From Octopus vulgaris (Eukaryota): a DNA stretch of 64,000 nt. Numbering within the stretch: the stretch's first letter is position 1; every line of letters begins with the position of its first letter. The position numbers and the translations under genes were made by a program. The notes beneath the pieces were generated by a model. The model saw only the letters and a program-made list of their open reading frames with translations. It made no database searches and was not told the DNA's origin. The DNA is taken from NCBI GenBank assembly GCA_951406725.2, contig OX597824.1, positions 62,186,001-62,250,000 on the forward strand, in the 5' to 3' direction. Below are positions 1 to 12,639 of this stretch, in pieces.

Positions 1-129
1 TTGGGAAATGCCAGAAGAGTTTGCTAGTGTCCGACTACGCCACTCTCTGCGGATTGTGATCATACGTCTTGCCTCTCTCTAGCCCCCACTTTTCGCACGG
101 TTTCCTATATAGCATTTTTACTACCTGAT

Positions 130-740
130 CGTATCGCCACAACTTGGCGTCGCAGTGCTACTGGAGGTGCTATTGGCTGGAGATAAACTCAACAGGCAGT
201 GATGCGTTGTCAGACGGGCTTGTCGGAGGTGCGTGCAGAGGGAATGAAACCGTTCTGAACGCCCTCGTTCAGTGTCCGGGCATTGCTGATTTGTTGCGTT
301 ATGTATAACAGCTGCTGACTCGTGTAGGACGGATCCGTATGTCGGCCGAGGCTCCAATGAGTTTATTGAAAGGTGGGTGAAACTTGCGAAAATTACAAGA
401 GTGGATGGTACCTCTCTAAGTGTAGACCTCTGAATTGGAGAGAAGGAATAGGAGAGGGCACTCAGTCCTGGGTTTTTAGCGAAATCTCGGACAGTGGGGT
501 TTCTCGATTATCCCTAGAGGCCTTCCTGTATCCGAAGGACGACATCTCTATCATCCTCCCAGAACTTTTTATAAAACTTTTGTAAGCTATGTGTATATCC
601 CTTCTTTTCAGTGTATAACTGGTATAGCTATTTTTTTTCCTTCTTTTCTTTTTCGTTTCATTATAAGTAAACCCTCGCACTTTATGTCTGTCTTTGTATT
701 GTCCCCCTCATCCTTCACCCTTTTAGCAAATAAATGAACT
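130..740 (+). mobile_element. Decayed 3' end of an L1/Tx1-clade LINE (ORF2 C-terminal cysteine-rich region plus 3'UTR)
   Basis: Manual translation across frameshifts gives LA.QCY..VLLAGDKL...RACRRC...NETVLNALVQCPGIADLL, resembling the L1/Tx1 CxxC...ETxxHxxxxC motif. It ends ...EFIERWVKLAKITRVDGTSLSVDL*, followed by a pyrimidine-rich UTR, AATAAA near 729-734 and a (CAT)n tail. Confidence 0.5.
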
Positions 741-789
741 CATCATCATCATCATTATCCTCATTATTATTATTATTATCATTATTACT

Positions 790-1048
790 TTTTTTTTTCC
801 TTCTTTCAAATTTGCTTCCATTTCTTACCGAGTGTCTTCCCGACTCCTAGGGCAAAGAAACTCATAGTATACATCGGTAGGCCATTAAACCAAACTCAAT
901 AGTTCGTTCATTTTTTTTTTTTAAGTTAAGTTAAAATACATGAGCAGCAACAATTCTCACATCGACAATGCTCTACTCAATACATGTGATGTACCAGTTA
1001 AGACAATCTTTTCCACTTCTTGCAGGGATGGTAAGCCAGGGATCATAC
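790..1048 (-). mobile_element. 5'-truncated 3' fragment of R4/Dong family A
   Basis: Reverse complement matches ~12368-12625 (ORF end MIPGLPSLQEV.KIVLTGTSHVL plus the whole 3'UTR). It abuts a (TTA)n run at ~755-788. Confidence 0.9.
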
Positions 1049-1164
1049 CTTCAACCTCCACAATATTACCTTACACGAAATATACAAACACTTTTTATTG
1101 CAATAACACAAACGCACATGGAAAAAAAATGATGATGCTAATATTCTCTCTGGTCGAACACAAC

Positions 1165-1202
<38 letters not shown>

Positions 1203-1758
1203 GAGTGAGAGAGCAGTTCATGTCATCAAAGTGACACTGGGGTAAAATATACGAAGCCCAATATACCCATCATGACTACCCGTCTGATAAAGGTACACCA
1301 GACACATGCATCACAACCATATGTGCGCGACATGGTGATCTCATATCAAGATAAACAGCACATGACCTTGCAGGTGGGGCCCAGTTAGAATTTTCTTCAG
1401 GTTGAGTAGCCCATCCCGCTCAAACGGTCCCTGACTAAGGGTTGTTTAAGGATGTTGAAAGAACCACCCATGTTTCCAGAGGTGAACTATTCAAACCCCA
1501 AAGAATCCCTCTCAACACATGGCTATGATGCTCCCCCACTACTTCTGCTCGTGATCAGAGATGCACATATCGTCAGCCACTAAGGGACATGCTCAACTGG
1601 TTAAGGTAAAACAACTGACAAGCAAATCTGTGGTATTGAGCAGAATATTTGCTGTAGCCCATCTTTTATACCATGACAAAACAATGTACATGATAACACT
1701 TCCAATCAGTTAAGACCAGAAGCCATGAGAGCCTCTGCCTGGTACTGCATCAGGGCAT
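1203..1758 (-). mobile_element. ~560 bp non-coding interspersed element, copy 1 (putative non-autonomous Dong/R4 partner)
   Basis: Highly similar over its full length to 15890-16447. Both copies are flanked on both sides by (TTA)n, and no long ORF is present. Strand is inferred from microsatellite polarity. Confidence 0.75.
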
Positions 1759-1761
1759 TTA

Positions 1762-1792
<31 letters not shown>

Positions 1793-2094
1793 TATTATTA
1801 TTGAGAACACTCTGAGACTAGTCTACCGATAAGAGTTCCAGTTACCTCGATTTTCCACGAGCATATTGAACAGTTGAATTCTCTAATATATTTTACCATG
1901 CTGTTTATGTACCGAAAAGCGCATCTGTTTGACTGGCTAAATGATAGGGCGTGTGTGTCATCTGAGGGCATGCGGTCCTATTATCTCTACGTACTAGAAT
2001 TTCGGAACAAATGTGGAAATGTGAGCTGGTCTCTGCTGCAGAAACATGCAAAAGGAGTGAACGATGGAAGCAGCAGATACAAATATGTACTTTT

Positions 2095-2491
2095 CTGTTT
2101 TAGGCACAAAGCCCTAATTTATTATTATTATTTTTTTGCCAGGCGATTAGATCGGCCCCAGTACGCGACTGGTACTTAATTTATCGACCCCGAAAGGATG
2201 AAAGGCAAAGTCGACCTCGGCGGAATTTGAACTTAGAACGTAACGGCAGACGAAATACCTATTTCTTTACTACCCAAAAGGGGTTAAACACAGTGAGGAC
2301 AAACAAAGACAGACAGACGGATTAAGTCGATTATATCAACCCCAGTGCGTAACTGGTACTTAATTTATTGACTCCCAAAGGACGAAAGGCAAATTCTATC
2401 TCGGCGGAATTTGAACTAACAACGTAACGGCAGACGAAATACGGCTACACATTTCGCCCGGCGTGCTAACGTTTCTGTCAGCTCAACGCCT
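2095..2491 (-). mobile_element. SINE-like repeat with tandem internal units (family also at 38394-38980)
   Basis: Reverse complement starts aaggcgttgagctgacagaaacgttagcacgccgggcgaaat and contains B-box-like GTTCAAATTCC twice. It matches 38394-38980 and 17425-17640. Confidence 0.8.
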
Positions 2492-5400
2492 TTAGATATC
2501 ATTGTATAACACTATATTTGATGCATATGAAATATATCACAAATATCTTTCATTAACGGATTTGATAAAAAAAAAAAAAGGTATGTTTTAACCTTACATC
2601 ACCAAGCAAGAGGCAGTATGCTGGCAAAATGCGAAATTAGTGTCGTGTTTAGTTGCAACATTATATAATTGTTAATTTTATCAATATTATGTTTAGAAAT
2701 GGGAGGAAACTCACTTCTATTTTCAAAGTAAAATTCATCCCAAAAGTTGAACTGCGAGTAAACTCGAGAAATATTTTTTACATTTCGTCCCACTTTGAAA
2801 TTGTATATACACTCAATAATTGAGGATTTTTGTCTTATTTAACCCAGATAAACTCGGATTAAATGAATTGGTAAATTCGTCTGGGCATTGGATAGAGATC
2901 CTCATGGTATTCGTTTCATATCTCTACGCTGTGATTTCATATCCTACCAAGTCCAACATGGTCTCTTTCATCCTCTTGAGGTCGGTAAAATGTTCCAATT
3001 CAAATCTGTGGATTTGACCAAATATCTGCCCAGTTGGGTAACTGTCGGAATACTCTGAATTGTAAACATCTGCTTCAGGCTTACAGTTTAAGTATAAATT
3101 CCTTTCTCCCTCTTACTAGTTTCGGGTCTCACATAAAAGATTTATGGATGCTGCATTGTCTTTTGACTGAAAGATAGAGCATGGCAATCTAGCGATGTTA
3201 ATTCGGTCTCTCCTTATATCATTCATATCTGAAACTATTTTGTCTAAAACAATGGAGTATAAAATTTGAGAGATTTGACTGGCAGACTGAGTAATATAGG
3301 TCACACTACAATTGATAAATTTATGAACATCACATACTCCATTTTATCAGTCGCAAATTATTGGGTCCCTGTGACAATCGAAGACAAATCTGCCAGAGCT
3401 ATTGGAGGCATTTCTAAACATTTATCTTACTCTGTGTGGCGATCAATATCGTACTCATTTTACCCAGAGCCTGTTCTATTCTAAAGAGCTTGTGTTGTCT
3501 ATGATACGCAAACCATTCCTGACAAATACGAAACCATACTGTTTAGCGGAAGAGTTTCCGCCTTTTCAGAATCCTTGACCATTTTTTCAAAACTATAAAT
3601 ATGAATTCTGTTCCAAAGGACCAGTTCTGATAAAATTGAATGATTTGAATCAACAATTATTTCTTGATATTTAATGATAGAAAGGAAAATCGAGTAATAT
3701 TCCAGCATTTGGGACGGTGTTTTACTACATGTATTGAAATCCTAGGCTATATTAATCTTCCCTCACCACCAGAATTCAAAGAAGTTGCACCTTAATACAC
3801 TCCAACTTGCGGCTAACAAATGTGGTCTTCCGTGTCTACATTTGTATTCTCTGCTCCTAGCAGCTGCGTTCCATTCCTACCTACCCATGCTCTCTAGTCT
3901 CTGCTCATCCTCTCTAGTCTCTGTGCATTGCAGTACTATTATTTTATCTTCTTCATTCTACACACTCGCCATAGCTTATATCTATTTAATTCCCATCCAC
4001 AAAAATCACCCTTCGAATGAATACCTTCATAAATATAATTTTTCTACTGCCTTTAACTTGCAGTGGTGTTTTACGTATACCAATAGTGCTGGCGTCGATG
4101 GTTGTAAACGATTTGCGATATCTGTCGGCCCAACCGATTTTTCCAGATCAAAAGAATCTCCATTTCAACATATACTTTTTTTTCGCTCTTCAGATTTTTC
4201 TTCGTACTTTTGACATGCACTACTATATATGTACAGTATTTAATTTCCTCGATATAGAAAATATTCTCCTGCATTCCTTGCTATCTAGTTCAGAAAGGGA
4301 AAATAGATGATAAAAATTGGCATAAAACTATATTGCAGTATTGGGTTTTACCTTTTACCCATATGAATAATAGCTTTGTGAGACGTATGCAATATTATTT
4401 CCCATTTCACAGGAAATCAGATAAACTATATCGATGCAGAAAAAAAATATGAGACAGCATATATGAAAGACCGCAATACATTAAATGCCTAAATAAAACT
4501 TTTCAAAATACATTTGGTAAAAAGATATAGTATGCATCCAGCAGGTCCCGTGTCAAGTACGTCAATGCTCAATGGCTATCAACCCAATAATATCATTATT
4601 TTAGATGTACCTGCGAATACCTTATACCAAGTGTCTTTTTTTTTCTTGGTCAAGAGTCTGGTACATAATTTAGAGGCGTTAAATATATGATATTCGTAGT
4701 TCAGGCCTCTTTGCTGGCACATTGTTTCAGTGTCTTCAGTAAAGCACTTTTGCTGTTATCACAAGGACATCACTGAACATACTCTTCTATTTTATAGCAC
4801 ACAGATATTCAGTGAAATGGCATTGCACAATCCAGAGTCGATCAGTTCTTTTATCTCATGTATACAGCTAGTAAAAGATTATGCGGAGCGTTCTCAGCAT
4901 AATCAGGATTTAATTGCAGGATTTAATATGCAGGATTTAATTGCAGGGTATACGGATATATTAGCTTCCTTTATCTAGTATTTGTATGCACTCTGCTTCC
5001 GATGATGCTCACAGACAATTCAGGAAATGTAGATTTGCAACATTTCCAGATTCTTTACACTAAATATTAGTCTTGATCAACACATAACAATATTTAAATC
5101 CACCGATACCTTCTTAAGGTTGCGAATATCTCTATGGGTTTTCTTCCTTTATACTTGATTTAAATGAGTGTGAGAAAACATTTTTTAGAAATGTGTTGTG
5201 CTCTGAAATGTTATATAATTCCTTGTTTGTAGGTGTTTAACATTATTTTTCTATTATATATAATTGCCACTCAGTGTTGTAGCTACTGCGGCAGCAAATC
5301 ATGTATTGTGTGTGTGTTAATTCAGCATTGTGATTGGTCCGCGACTTATCAAGATGTTAATTGACCCTGAAGGAGTATTCCAGTTTTGTGGACGCACATT

Positions 5401-7095
5401 TTGTTATATGTGGCTCTCCAAGTAAGATTGTCGATGATTATAAAGCTTAGGTTTATATCAAATTCTAGAGTATATTTTATTAAAGTCAATGTCAATGTTG
5501 CGCCAATAAAATTATGTAGATTTCTCGGATGAGAATAGATTGTCACAATGGAATAGAAGAAGCATGCAGATGGCACTTGAGAAATAGTTCGAAGAGCGGC
5601 AAGGTAATGCAAGAGGGATCCAAGTGGGTGGCGCATTCACCTTTGGTGCGAAGTTTAAAAAAAATATTTGTTGTCTTGGCAGCTAATTAATATGAGTGCA
5701 TCAGCAGTGTATTTCCCCGGGTAGTGAGAGGGCTTAATGTACCACTGAACAGAAGAGATACTTTAGTGCATTCACTTTCAAACGTTTACATTCTTGCTTT
5801 TTAGATATTATGAGACTGATGAACTAAATTCCAATCAACAACAAATTTAGATTCCATTAACTGATATCAAATCAATTTCGTATTTCGAAATCGAATCTAT
5901 TCGCTAATATCGCAGAGCTTATGGTGGCTATGAAATGTATTCCATTGATTCAATGTGATAAAACCTAAAGTAGATATTCAGAACTTGGTTAACCCAGTTT
6001 TGCTATTATACATAATGTCAACGTTACTGACGGAATCTTTTATTTTTATTGGTATGAAGTGGTGAGAATTACGATGCTGAACCTATAAATCTGAAAGGTA
6101 TGAAATAGGAGAACACACAGACAAATGGTTTCAGTCTGAGATTGCCCAGTGCTATTAAAGTTCTATATGAAGAACAAGGAGTGGGACACTGCAGGCTATT
6201 ATGGAGTGTCTATGCTATTAGGCTATTTCGATTATCAACAGGATTTGTAAATTTCCAAAAAAATCCAAATTACCACTGAATATAATAAATCCTAAATGGA
6301 CGAAAGTCGCAACTCATTTACCGTTCCTATTTATAGCCACTCTCAATTCAATTTTTGTGTCAAGCTCTTTAAAATATCAACATCATTTCATCTAATTCTC
6401 TTGTCTCTCTTTCCGCTCCACACGCATCAGATGCCGCGTGCCTACATTGAAAAATCAATAAACTAATTTTTAATAGTTCTCATTTGATTTGATTCTCTTT
6501 CATTTCAAATATTATTTACTGTTACATCATTGTCCGTTTTAAGACTTCTTTACAAGAAAAGTAAAATTGAAATAACATAAAGTTTTGTTGATTTATTTTT
6601 GGAATGACTTTTTTCCTTTGTTTATTTCTGTTTCTTTTTCTTACGTTAACCATGTTCTAACTTTAGCTTTTTCATCAAGTTTAGTTTTGACTTAAATTCT
6701 ATGAAAAGTAATCAAAGAAATACGCAGTTTTATCTAATTTTAATTTTAATTTCTTAGCATTTCTTTGTTTTAAAAACAATCGAAGAGTTCTCGAAATGAA
6801 GAAAATTTGCATCATATCTACTGCTATTGAACATCTATTTCTGATCGATCGATTTCCTTGCTAAAACAAAAATCATGTTGGAAATTATTGATTTACGGTC
6901 ACAAATTCGAAATACATTTGTTATCTAGATTTTGCTTACGAGACTTCTAATGCGATTTCCAAACATTTCATATATTTATTGATTGGAAAAAAAAAAGAAA
7001 AAAAGCACTCTCAAATACATTTCTCATTTTGTTTCTGAAACGGTTCACAGTTATGTGGTTGCACTCCCCAGTTATAGTCTGTGTCACAGCGCTTA

Positions 7096-7098
<3 letters not shown>

Positions 7099-7159
<61 letters not shown>
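7099..7159. repeat. (TA)n microsatellite
   Basis: Direct reading. Confidence 0.95.
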
Positions 7160-7162
<3 letters not shown>

Positions 7163-7749
7163 AGTGTTACTATTTCATTGTCGATATTTATATCAAAATT
7201 TTATAATACATTATTAGGTTATTCCTATTTCACTGTAGTCTTTTCAACATTCAATTATTTCATTGAATATATTTTTTTGTTAGTCTTAACTTTTTCTCAT
7301 TATATATTTGAAGTTGTTTCCTTGATATTTCTCCGCAAATTTGATTGACTAATATCTTGTCCTTGGCGTTGAATATATTTACTCTAAAATAAATATTTCA
7401 ACATATCAAATTTCCATTTCCGTATTCATAATTGAATTGTCGTCAGTTTTTCGATAAAGATGTGTAGCCCGATGACTTCAGTAACTTCTTGTGATAGGGG
7501 AGGTGAGGTTCCATCAAAAATTCTGTATAAATCACACCCTATAAATAGGTAGACTAAACCAATTAACTGTTAATCGAATTTAGTTATCATTGACTTGCTG
7601 TTTGCAAATCTCTGCGCGTGTTATGCAAAGATTAGAAATCATGAGTTTTATTCTTGTATAATCCTACTCATTAATCGCAGCCATATTGATATGCGATAAT
7701 AAAGACACTTTATTTGAAACACGTTAGAAATATCACAATTATTTTCTTA

Positions 7750-8141
7750 CTAGCAGTATCACCCGGCGTTGTTCGGGTTTGTTTCGACCCTTTAGAATTG
7801 GAATTTTTGAAAAGTAAAATTTCTGCATTATGTAGCTTGTTATTCTCTTTGAGTGAACATTTTTCTGGTTGAAACATAGGGAACAATGGCGCCACAGCAG
7901 TCGAAAAATCGTAAAAAATAGGGACTTTCATAGAAAAAAGCACCTTTTTGACGTAAATAATTTTTGGTGTTAACATGGTTCGATTTGAATTTCTTTCTTC
8001 TACGGAAGGAAGAGCAAGCCTTCTTCTATCATAATCTAAATGTTGGTCAACTTGCGTTACAGGGTCTTGGAGGAGATACTGTTAGTTGATGGCTACCAAA
8101 CCTGCCATGCACAGGCAACTTCAGCTTTATATAGAGAGAGA
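7750..8141 (-). mobile_element. Non-autonomous Helitron (~390 bp)
   Basis: Minus strand begins TC (8141-8140) after an A and ends CTAG (7753-7750) before a T. A GC hairpin (cccg 7762-7765 / cggg 7774-7777) lies about 8 nt before CTAG. These are the canonical Helitron termini and A|T target. Confidence 0.75.
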
Positions 8142-8398
8142 TTTCACAATAGTAATAGCTAAAACTGTTGATCATGTGACAAAGTTTGGGCTATTCTCGT
8201 CTCCTGTAGTTTGTAAAATTTTGGAAACGGTATTTTCTCACTCTTGCTCATTCTTTTCTCATTTCCCGTGTTTAGTTAAAAGCATTATATCTACAGGTAC
8301 AGACGCTGGCACTGCTCATCAGTTTCGTCGTTTGCACTTGTGAATGCGGTTCTTCAATTGTTATGTACAATAGCATAAATATTTTTAGAACGAATAAA

Positions 8399-8429
8399 AC
8401 CACCACCACCAACTCCACCACCACAACCA

Positions 8430-8483
<54 letters not shown>

Positions 8484-8514
8484 ATACTACTAATAATAAT
8501 AATAATAATAATAA
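8399..8514. repeat. Compound (CAC)n-(TAC)n-(TAA)n microsatellite
   Basis: Direct reading; the motif shifts stepwise by single-base changes. Confidence 0.9.
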
Positions 8515-8721
8515 TTCTTTCGACTACTGACACAGGGTAGGTAATTTTGAGGTGGGGAATAAGTTAAGCACTGGGCTCAACTGGTACTTATTTTATAGAA
8601 GCCTGAAGGATAAAATGCAAAGTTGATCTTGTTGGCTTATGACATGAGAACGCAAAGCGTCGGAAGGAATGAAGCATAGCATTCTGACATTTGTTTTACA
8701 ACTTTTGTTATTACTGCTTTC
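8515..8721 (-). mobile_element. Degenerate copy of the 38394-type SINE-like repeat
   Basis: Contains ctggtacttattttatagaagcctgaaggataaaatgcaaagttgatct, similar to ctggtacttaatttatcgaccccgaaaggatgaaaggcaaagtcgacct at ~2170-2220. Confidence 0.55.

Positions 8722-8780
<59 letters not shown>
8722..8780. repeat. (TAA)n array, 5' flank/target of Dong family A
   Basis: Direct reading; lies immediately upstream of the element. Confidence 0.95.
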
Positions 8781-8782
<2 letters not shown>

Positions 8783-11700
8783 GGAAAACTAAATCAGTAT
8801 ACCAAATCGCTTGTCCTATGGTTAATCAGGAAGCGCGTCCCCCAGGGAAGAGCCAGCCTGGGATCGAAAAGTCATCAACTGGCACAAACTCTTCTCCGAA
8901 TACGGACATGGATGGTCACTTGAACGGGAAATCCCCCAACTCGAGCCCTCCAAGTTCACCACCACAACCACCACGGAAAGAAAAATGTAAGCGGAACAAA
9001 TGGACCCGAGAAGAGTATAAAGAAGTAATATACGCTTATTACTATGCATTAGGTAAGCCATCTCAAGAGAGACACACCGCAAACTCTTACAGTATATGGA
9101 GAACACGGAATCAAGACAGTAGGCCCTATTTGGACGAGAACAAATTAGCAAATGTGAGGAGGGATATCTTTAGAAATAACAGACTCACAGACAGTGAAAT
9201 AAGCGCGATCAAGCACGCAACGGAAAATGACATAAATATAAGACACAAAGGAAATGAAGAATCAGATGAACAGTATAGCCCGCCACGAGGCTTAATTGAA
9301 AGACTGCCATCTGACCAAAGTACGCAAAGGCCTGAAGATACAAGAACTTCTATTGTACCAGTTAAAGATAGCCAGGAAAACGAAAAAACAACAGTAACTG
9401 AAGATCTCGCATTTGCTGAAGAACACAGAGAGTCTATGGTAGAAATGAGGCAGAAAATCCTGAATACGCTTGAAGTTGTAAGACATACAAGTATGAATGA
9501 TAGAGAACCGCTTCATAAACTCTCAAATACAAACCAAAAATAAAAAAAGAAAATCCAAATTGGCAACTATGTAACAAATGAAATAATACGAGAATTAAAA
9601 CCTGATTTTACTGAGTTAAATGAAATTATTTACGCTTCTGCTAGGGCAATTGAAACCAGCTGTATGCCCCCGAAAAAACAAAGAAAACAAAACCTGGGAA
9701 GAAATCAAACCTGGAGAAGTGAAATTGAAAAAGAGATTGAATTTATGAGAGGGGAAATATCAATATTAAATGAACTAATATGTGGAAAAATGATGTAAGA
9801 TCCAGAACAGGAAGAAAGATGAAGAGAAAATTTGGATCCTCACCAAGAGAAGAACTGATATCAATAAAAGAAACGCTGAAACAAAAAGTCCAAGCAAAAG
9901 CCCAAAGAATACGAAGATTTGAGAAAAGAAACAAGTTTTACAAGCAAAATAAGCTGTTCACATCCAATGCCAAAAAATTCTACAGAGAAATAGGGAAGGA
10001 GAAAGTAACCGTTAAAGACCCCCCACCCATGGAAGAAGTTCAAAACTTTTGGAAAAGGATTTGGAGTGACAAGAAGACGTACAACATAAATGCAGACTGG
10101 ATTATACAAACTGAAGGATCCTACCAAAATTTACAACAACAAGCATGGGAAGACATCACAATAGCAGACCTAAGAAAGGCACTCACGAAGGCCCATAATT
10201 GGAAATCCCCCGGTAAAGATAGGGTGCCGAATTTCTGGCTCGCATTGCTCCCGTGCGCACACGGTAAGCTAGTTCAGCTGCTCAATGGAATTATGAGAGA
10301 CCCAAAGAAAACACCTGAATGGTTAGCAAGTGGCATTACTTACCTACTCCCAAAGAATAACGAAACCAACCTTCCAAAAACTATCGGCCTATAACCTGTC
10401 TATCCACCACGTATAAAATCCTAACATCTATCCTGGCGGAGAAAACATATGCATTCATGGAGAAGAACGATATTTTCCCCATTGAACAAAAAGGGTGCCG
10501 CCGAGGCTCTTACGGATGCAAAGATCAACTGCTAATCAATCGTATGATCCTTGAGAACTGTCACAACAAGCGCAGAAATCTCAGCACCGCATGGATTGAC
10601 TATAAAAAGGCCTTCGACAGTATACCGCATCCATGGATCTTGAGATCGCTGGACATCTTCAAAATTTCCCCTGTGATTTCAAACTTCCTGAAGCACAATA
10701 TGTCGTTGTGGAATACGAATCTCCAATTATACCACTCTAATGGAGTACTTGCCTCAGAAAATATAAACATCAACTGTGGAATTTTTCAAGGTGACTCACT
10801 TTCACCTTTAATATTCTGCATAGCCCTAATACCCCTTACAACTGAATTAAACAGAACAGGGTATGGGTATAAAATTGCCAATAAAAAAATAAGCCATCTA
10901 TTTTATATGGATGACTTAAAACTTTATGGTAAAGACAATAATGAACTTGAAGGCCTATTGCGCACCGTGAAAGCATTCAGCGATGACATCGGGATGGAGT
11001 TTGGACTTGAGAAGTGTGCCAAGGCCACTTTCCAGAAAGGGAAAGTGAAGACCACAAATTCAGTCGTGTTAGATGTTGACACAGTCATAAGAGAGCTTGA
11101 GCAAGAACAAACATACAAATATTTAGGGATAAATGAAGGCTCTGGTATTCCGCATGCAAGCATGAAAGAGAAAATCAGGAAGGAATGTTATAGGAGAGTT
11201 CGTGCAGTCCTGAAATCTGAACTAAATGCACGTAACAAGGTGTTAGCTATAAATTCCTTAGCAGTTCCAGTTGTTACTTATAGCTACAATGTGTTGAACT
11301 GGAATATGAGTGAAGTAAAGAATATAGATAGAAAAATACGCAAGCTGCTGAGTTGTAATAGGATGCACCACCCAAAGGCAGACGTAGATCGCCTTTACCT
11401 TCCCAGAGCCCAAGGAGGTCGAGGCCTGATTCAATTTGAACTAGCTTACAAAACAACCACAATTGGACTGGCCAAATATCTCGAAATATCGAATGACTGG
11501 ATGCTAAAGCTCGTGGAAAATCACGAGAGACGAAAGAAGCTTCATTCTATCATCAAGGAAAGCAAAAAATTTGCTATTGATCTCGTGCAGGATACCCAAA
11601 CTGAACAACCCGAGGGAAGTACGGCAACTATTGTTGCAAAGAAGGTGAAAATGATGGCAATGAAAAAAGCGCACGAGCAATTGGCTGATAGGTGGGAGGA

Positions 11701-12628
11701 GAAACCTCTACACGGCAAATATGTGACCCGCAGCAAACAAGCTGATGTTGACCAGAAACAAACCCATCAGTGGCTGCGGAGCTCAGGGCTAAAAGCATAG
11801 AGCGAAGGTTTCATCCTGGCTGCTCAAGACCAAAGCCTATTAACCCGGAACTACCAGGCCAATGTGATGAAAAATGGAGCAGACCCAAAATGCCGATTCT
11901 GCAACGACATGATTGAAACAGTGGACCACCTAATCTCTGGATGTAAAGTCTTAGCACCAGTGGAGTATAAATTAAGACATGACAGAGTTGGCCAATATCT
12001 CCACTGGCTAATAAGTCGGCATTACAATATCAAAACTGCCGACAAGTGGTATAATCACCACCCTGAGGCTGTAACTGAAGGAGAAAATGTAACCATTCTG
12101 TGGGACTTTCCAGTACATACAGACCGAACCATCAAGGCCAATAAACCAGATATTGTTGTGAAAGACCAAAACAATAAAGTTTGCTTATTGATCGACATGA
12201 GCATCCCCTGTGATCATAATATCTCAGCGAAAGAGTTTGACAAGCTCAGAAAATATAAAGACCTACTCATTGAAATTGAGAAAATGTGGCATCTCAAGGC
12301 GGTTACAATACCAGTGATCGTAAGAGCACTAGGAATGATCAAGAAGGGAACCGAAAATTATATGAGAATGATCCCTGGCTTACCATCCCTGCAAGAAGTG
12401 CAAAAGATTGTCTAAACTGGTACATCACACGTATTGAGAAGAGCATTGTCGATGTGAGAACTGTTGCTGCTCATGTATTTTAATTTAACTTAAAAAAAAA
12501 AAAAATGAACGAACTACTGAGTTTGGTTTAATGACCTACCAATATACACTATGAGTTTCTTTGCCCTAGGAGTCGGGAAGACACTCGGCAAGAAATGGAA
12601 GAAAATTTGAAAGAAGAAAAAAAAAAAA
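8781..12628 (+). mobile_element. Near full-length R4/Dong-clade non-LTR retrotransposon, family A (single ORF: RT + CCHC finger + restriction-like endonuclease)
   Basis: Motifs: KSPGKDRVPNFWL, NYRPITCL (across a frameshift), EQKGCRRGSYGCKDQL, AWIDYKKAFDSIPH, GIFQGDSLSPLIF, HLFYMDDLKLY, YKYLG, CRFC...ETVDHLISGC, RHD, KPDIVV...LIDMSIP...KLRKY. Flanked by (TAA)n on both sides. Confidence 0.95.
8818..12457 (+). pseudogene. Disrupted Dong/R4 ORF (~1200 aa when repaired)
   Basis: The supplied ORFs 8818-9543, 9780-10394, 10457-11800 and 11864-12415 join through in-frame stops at 9541, 11798 and 12413 and frameshifts in A-runs near 9786-9790 and 10376-10380. The natural stop is TGA at 12455-12457. 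Confidence 0.9.
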
Positions 12629-12639
12629 TAATAATAATA

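Noticed and set aside
8781-8817. HDV-like ribozyme at the Dong A 5' end
   Set aside because: Only ~37 nt lie between the TAA array and the ATG, and no nested double pseudoknot could be built.
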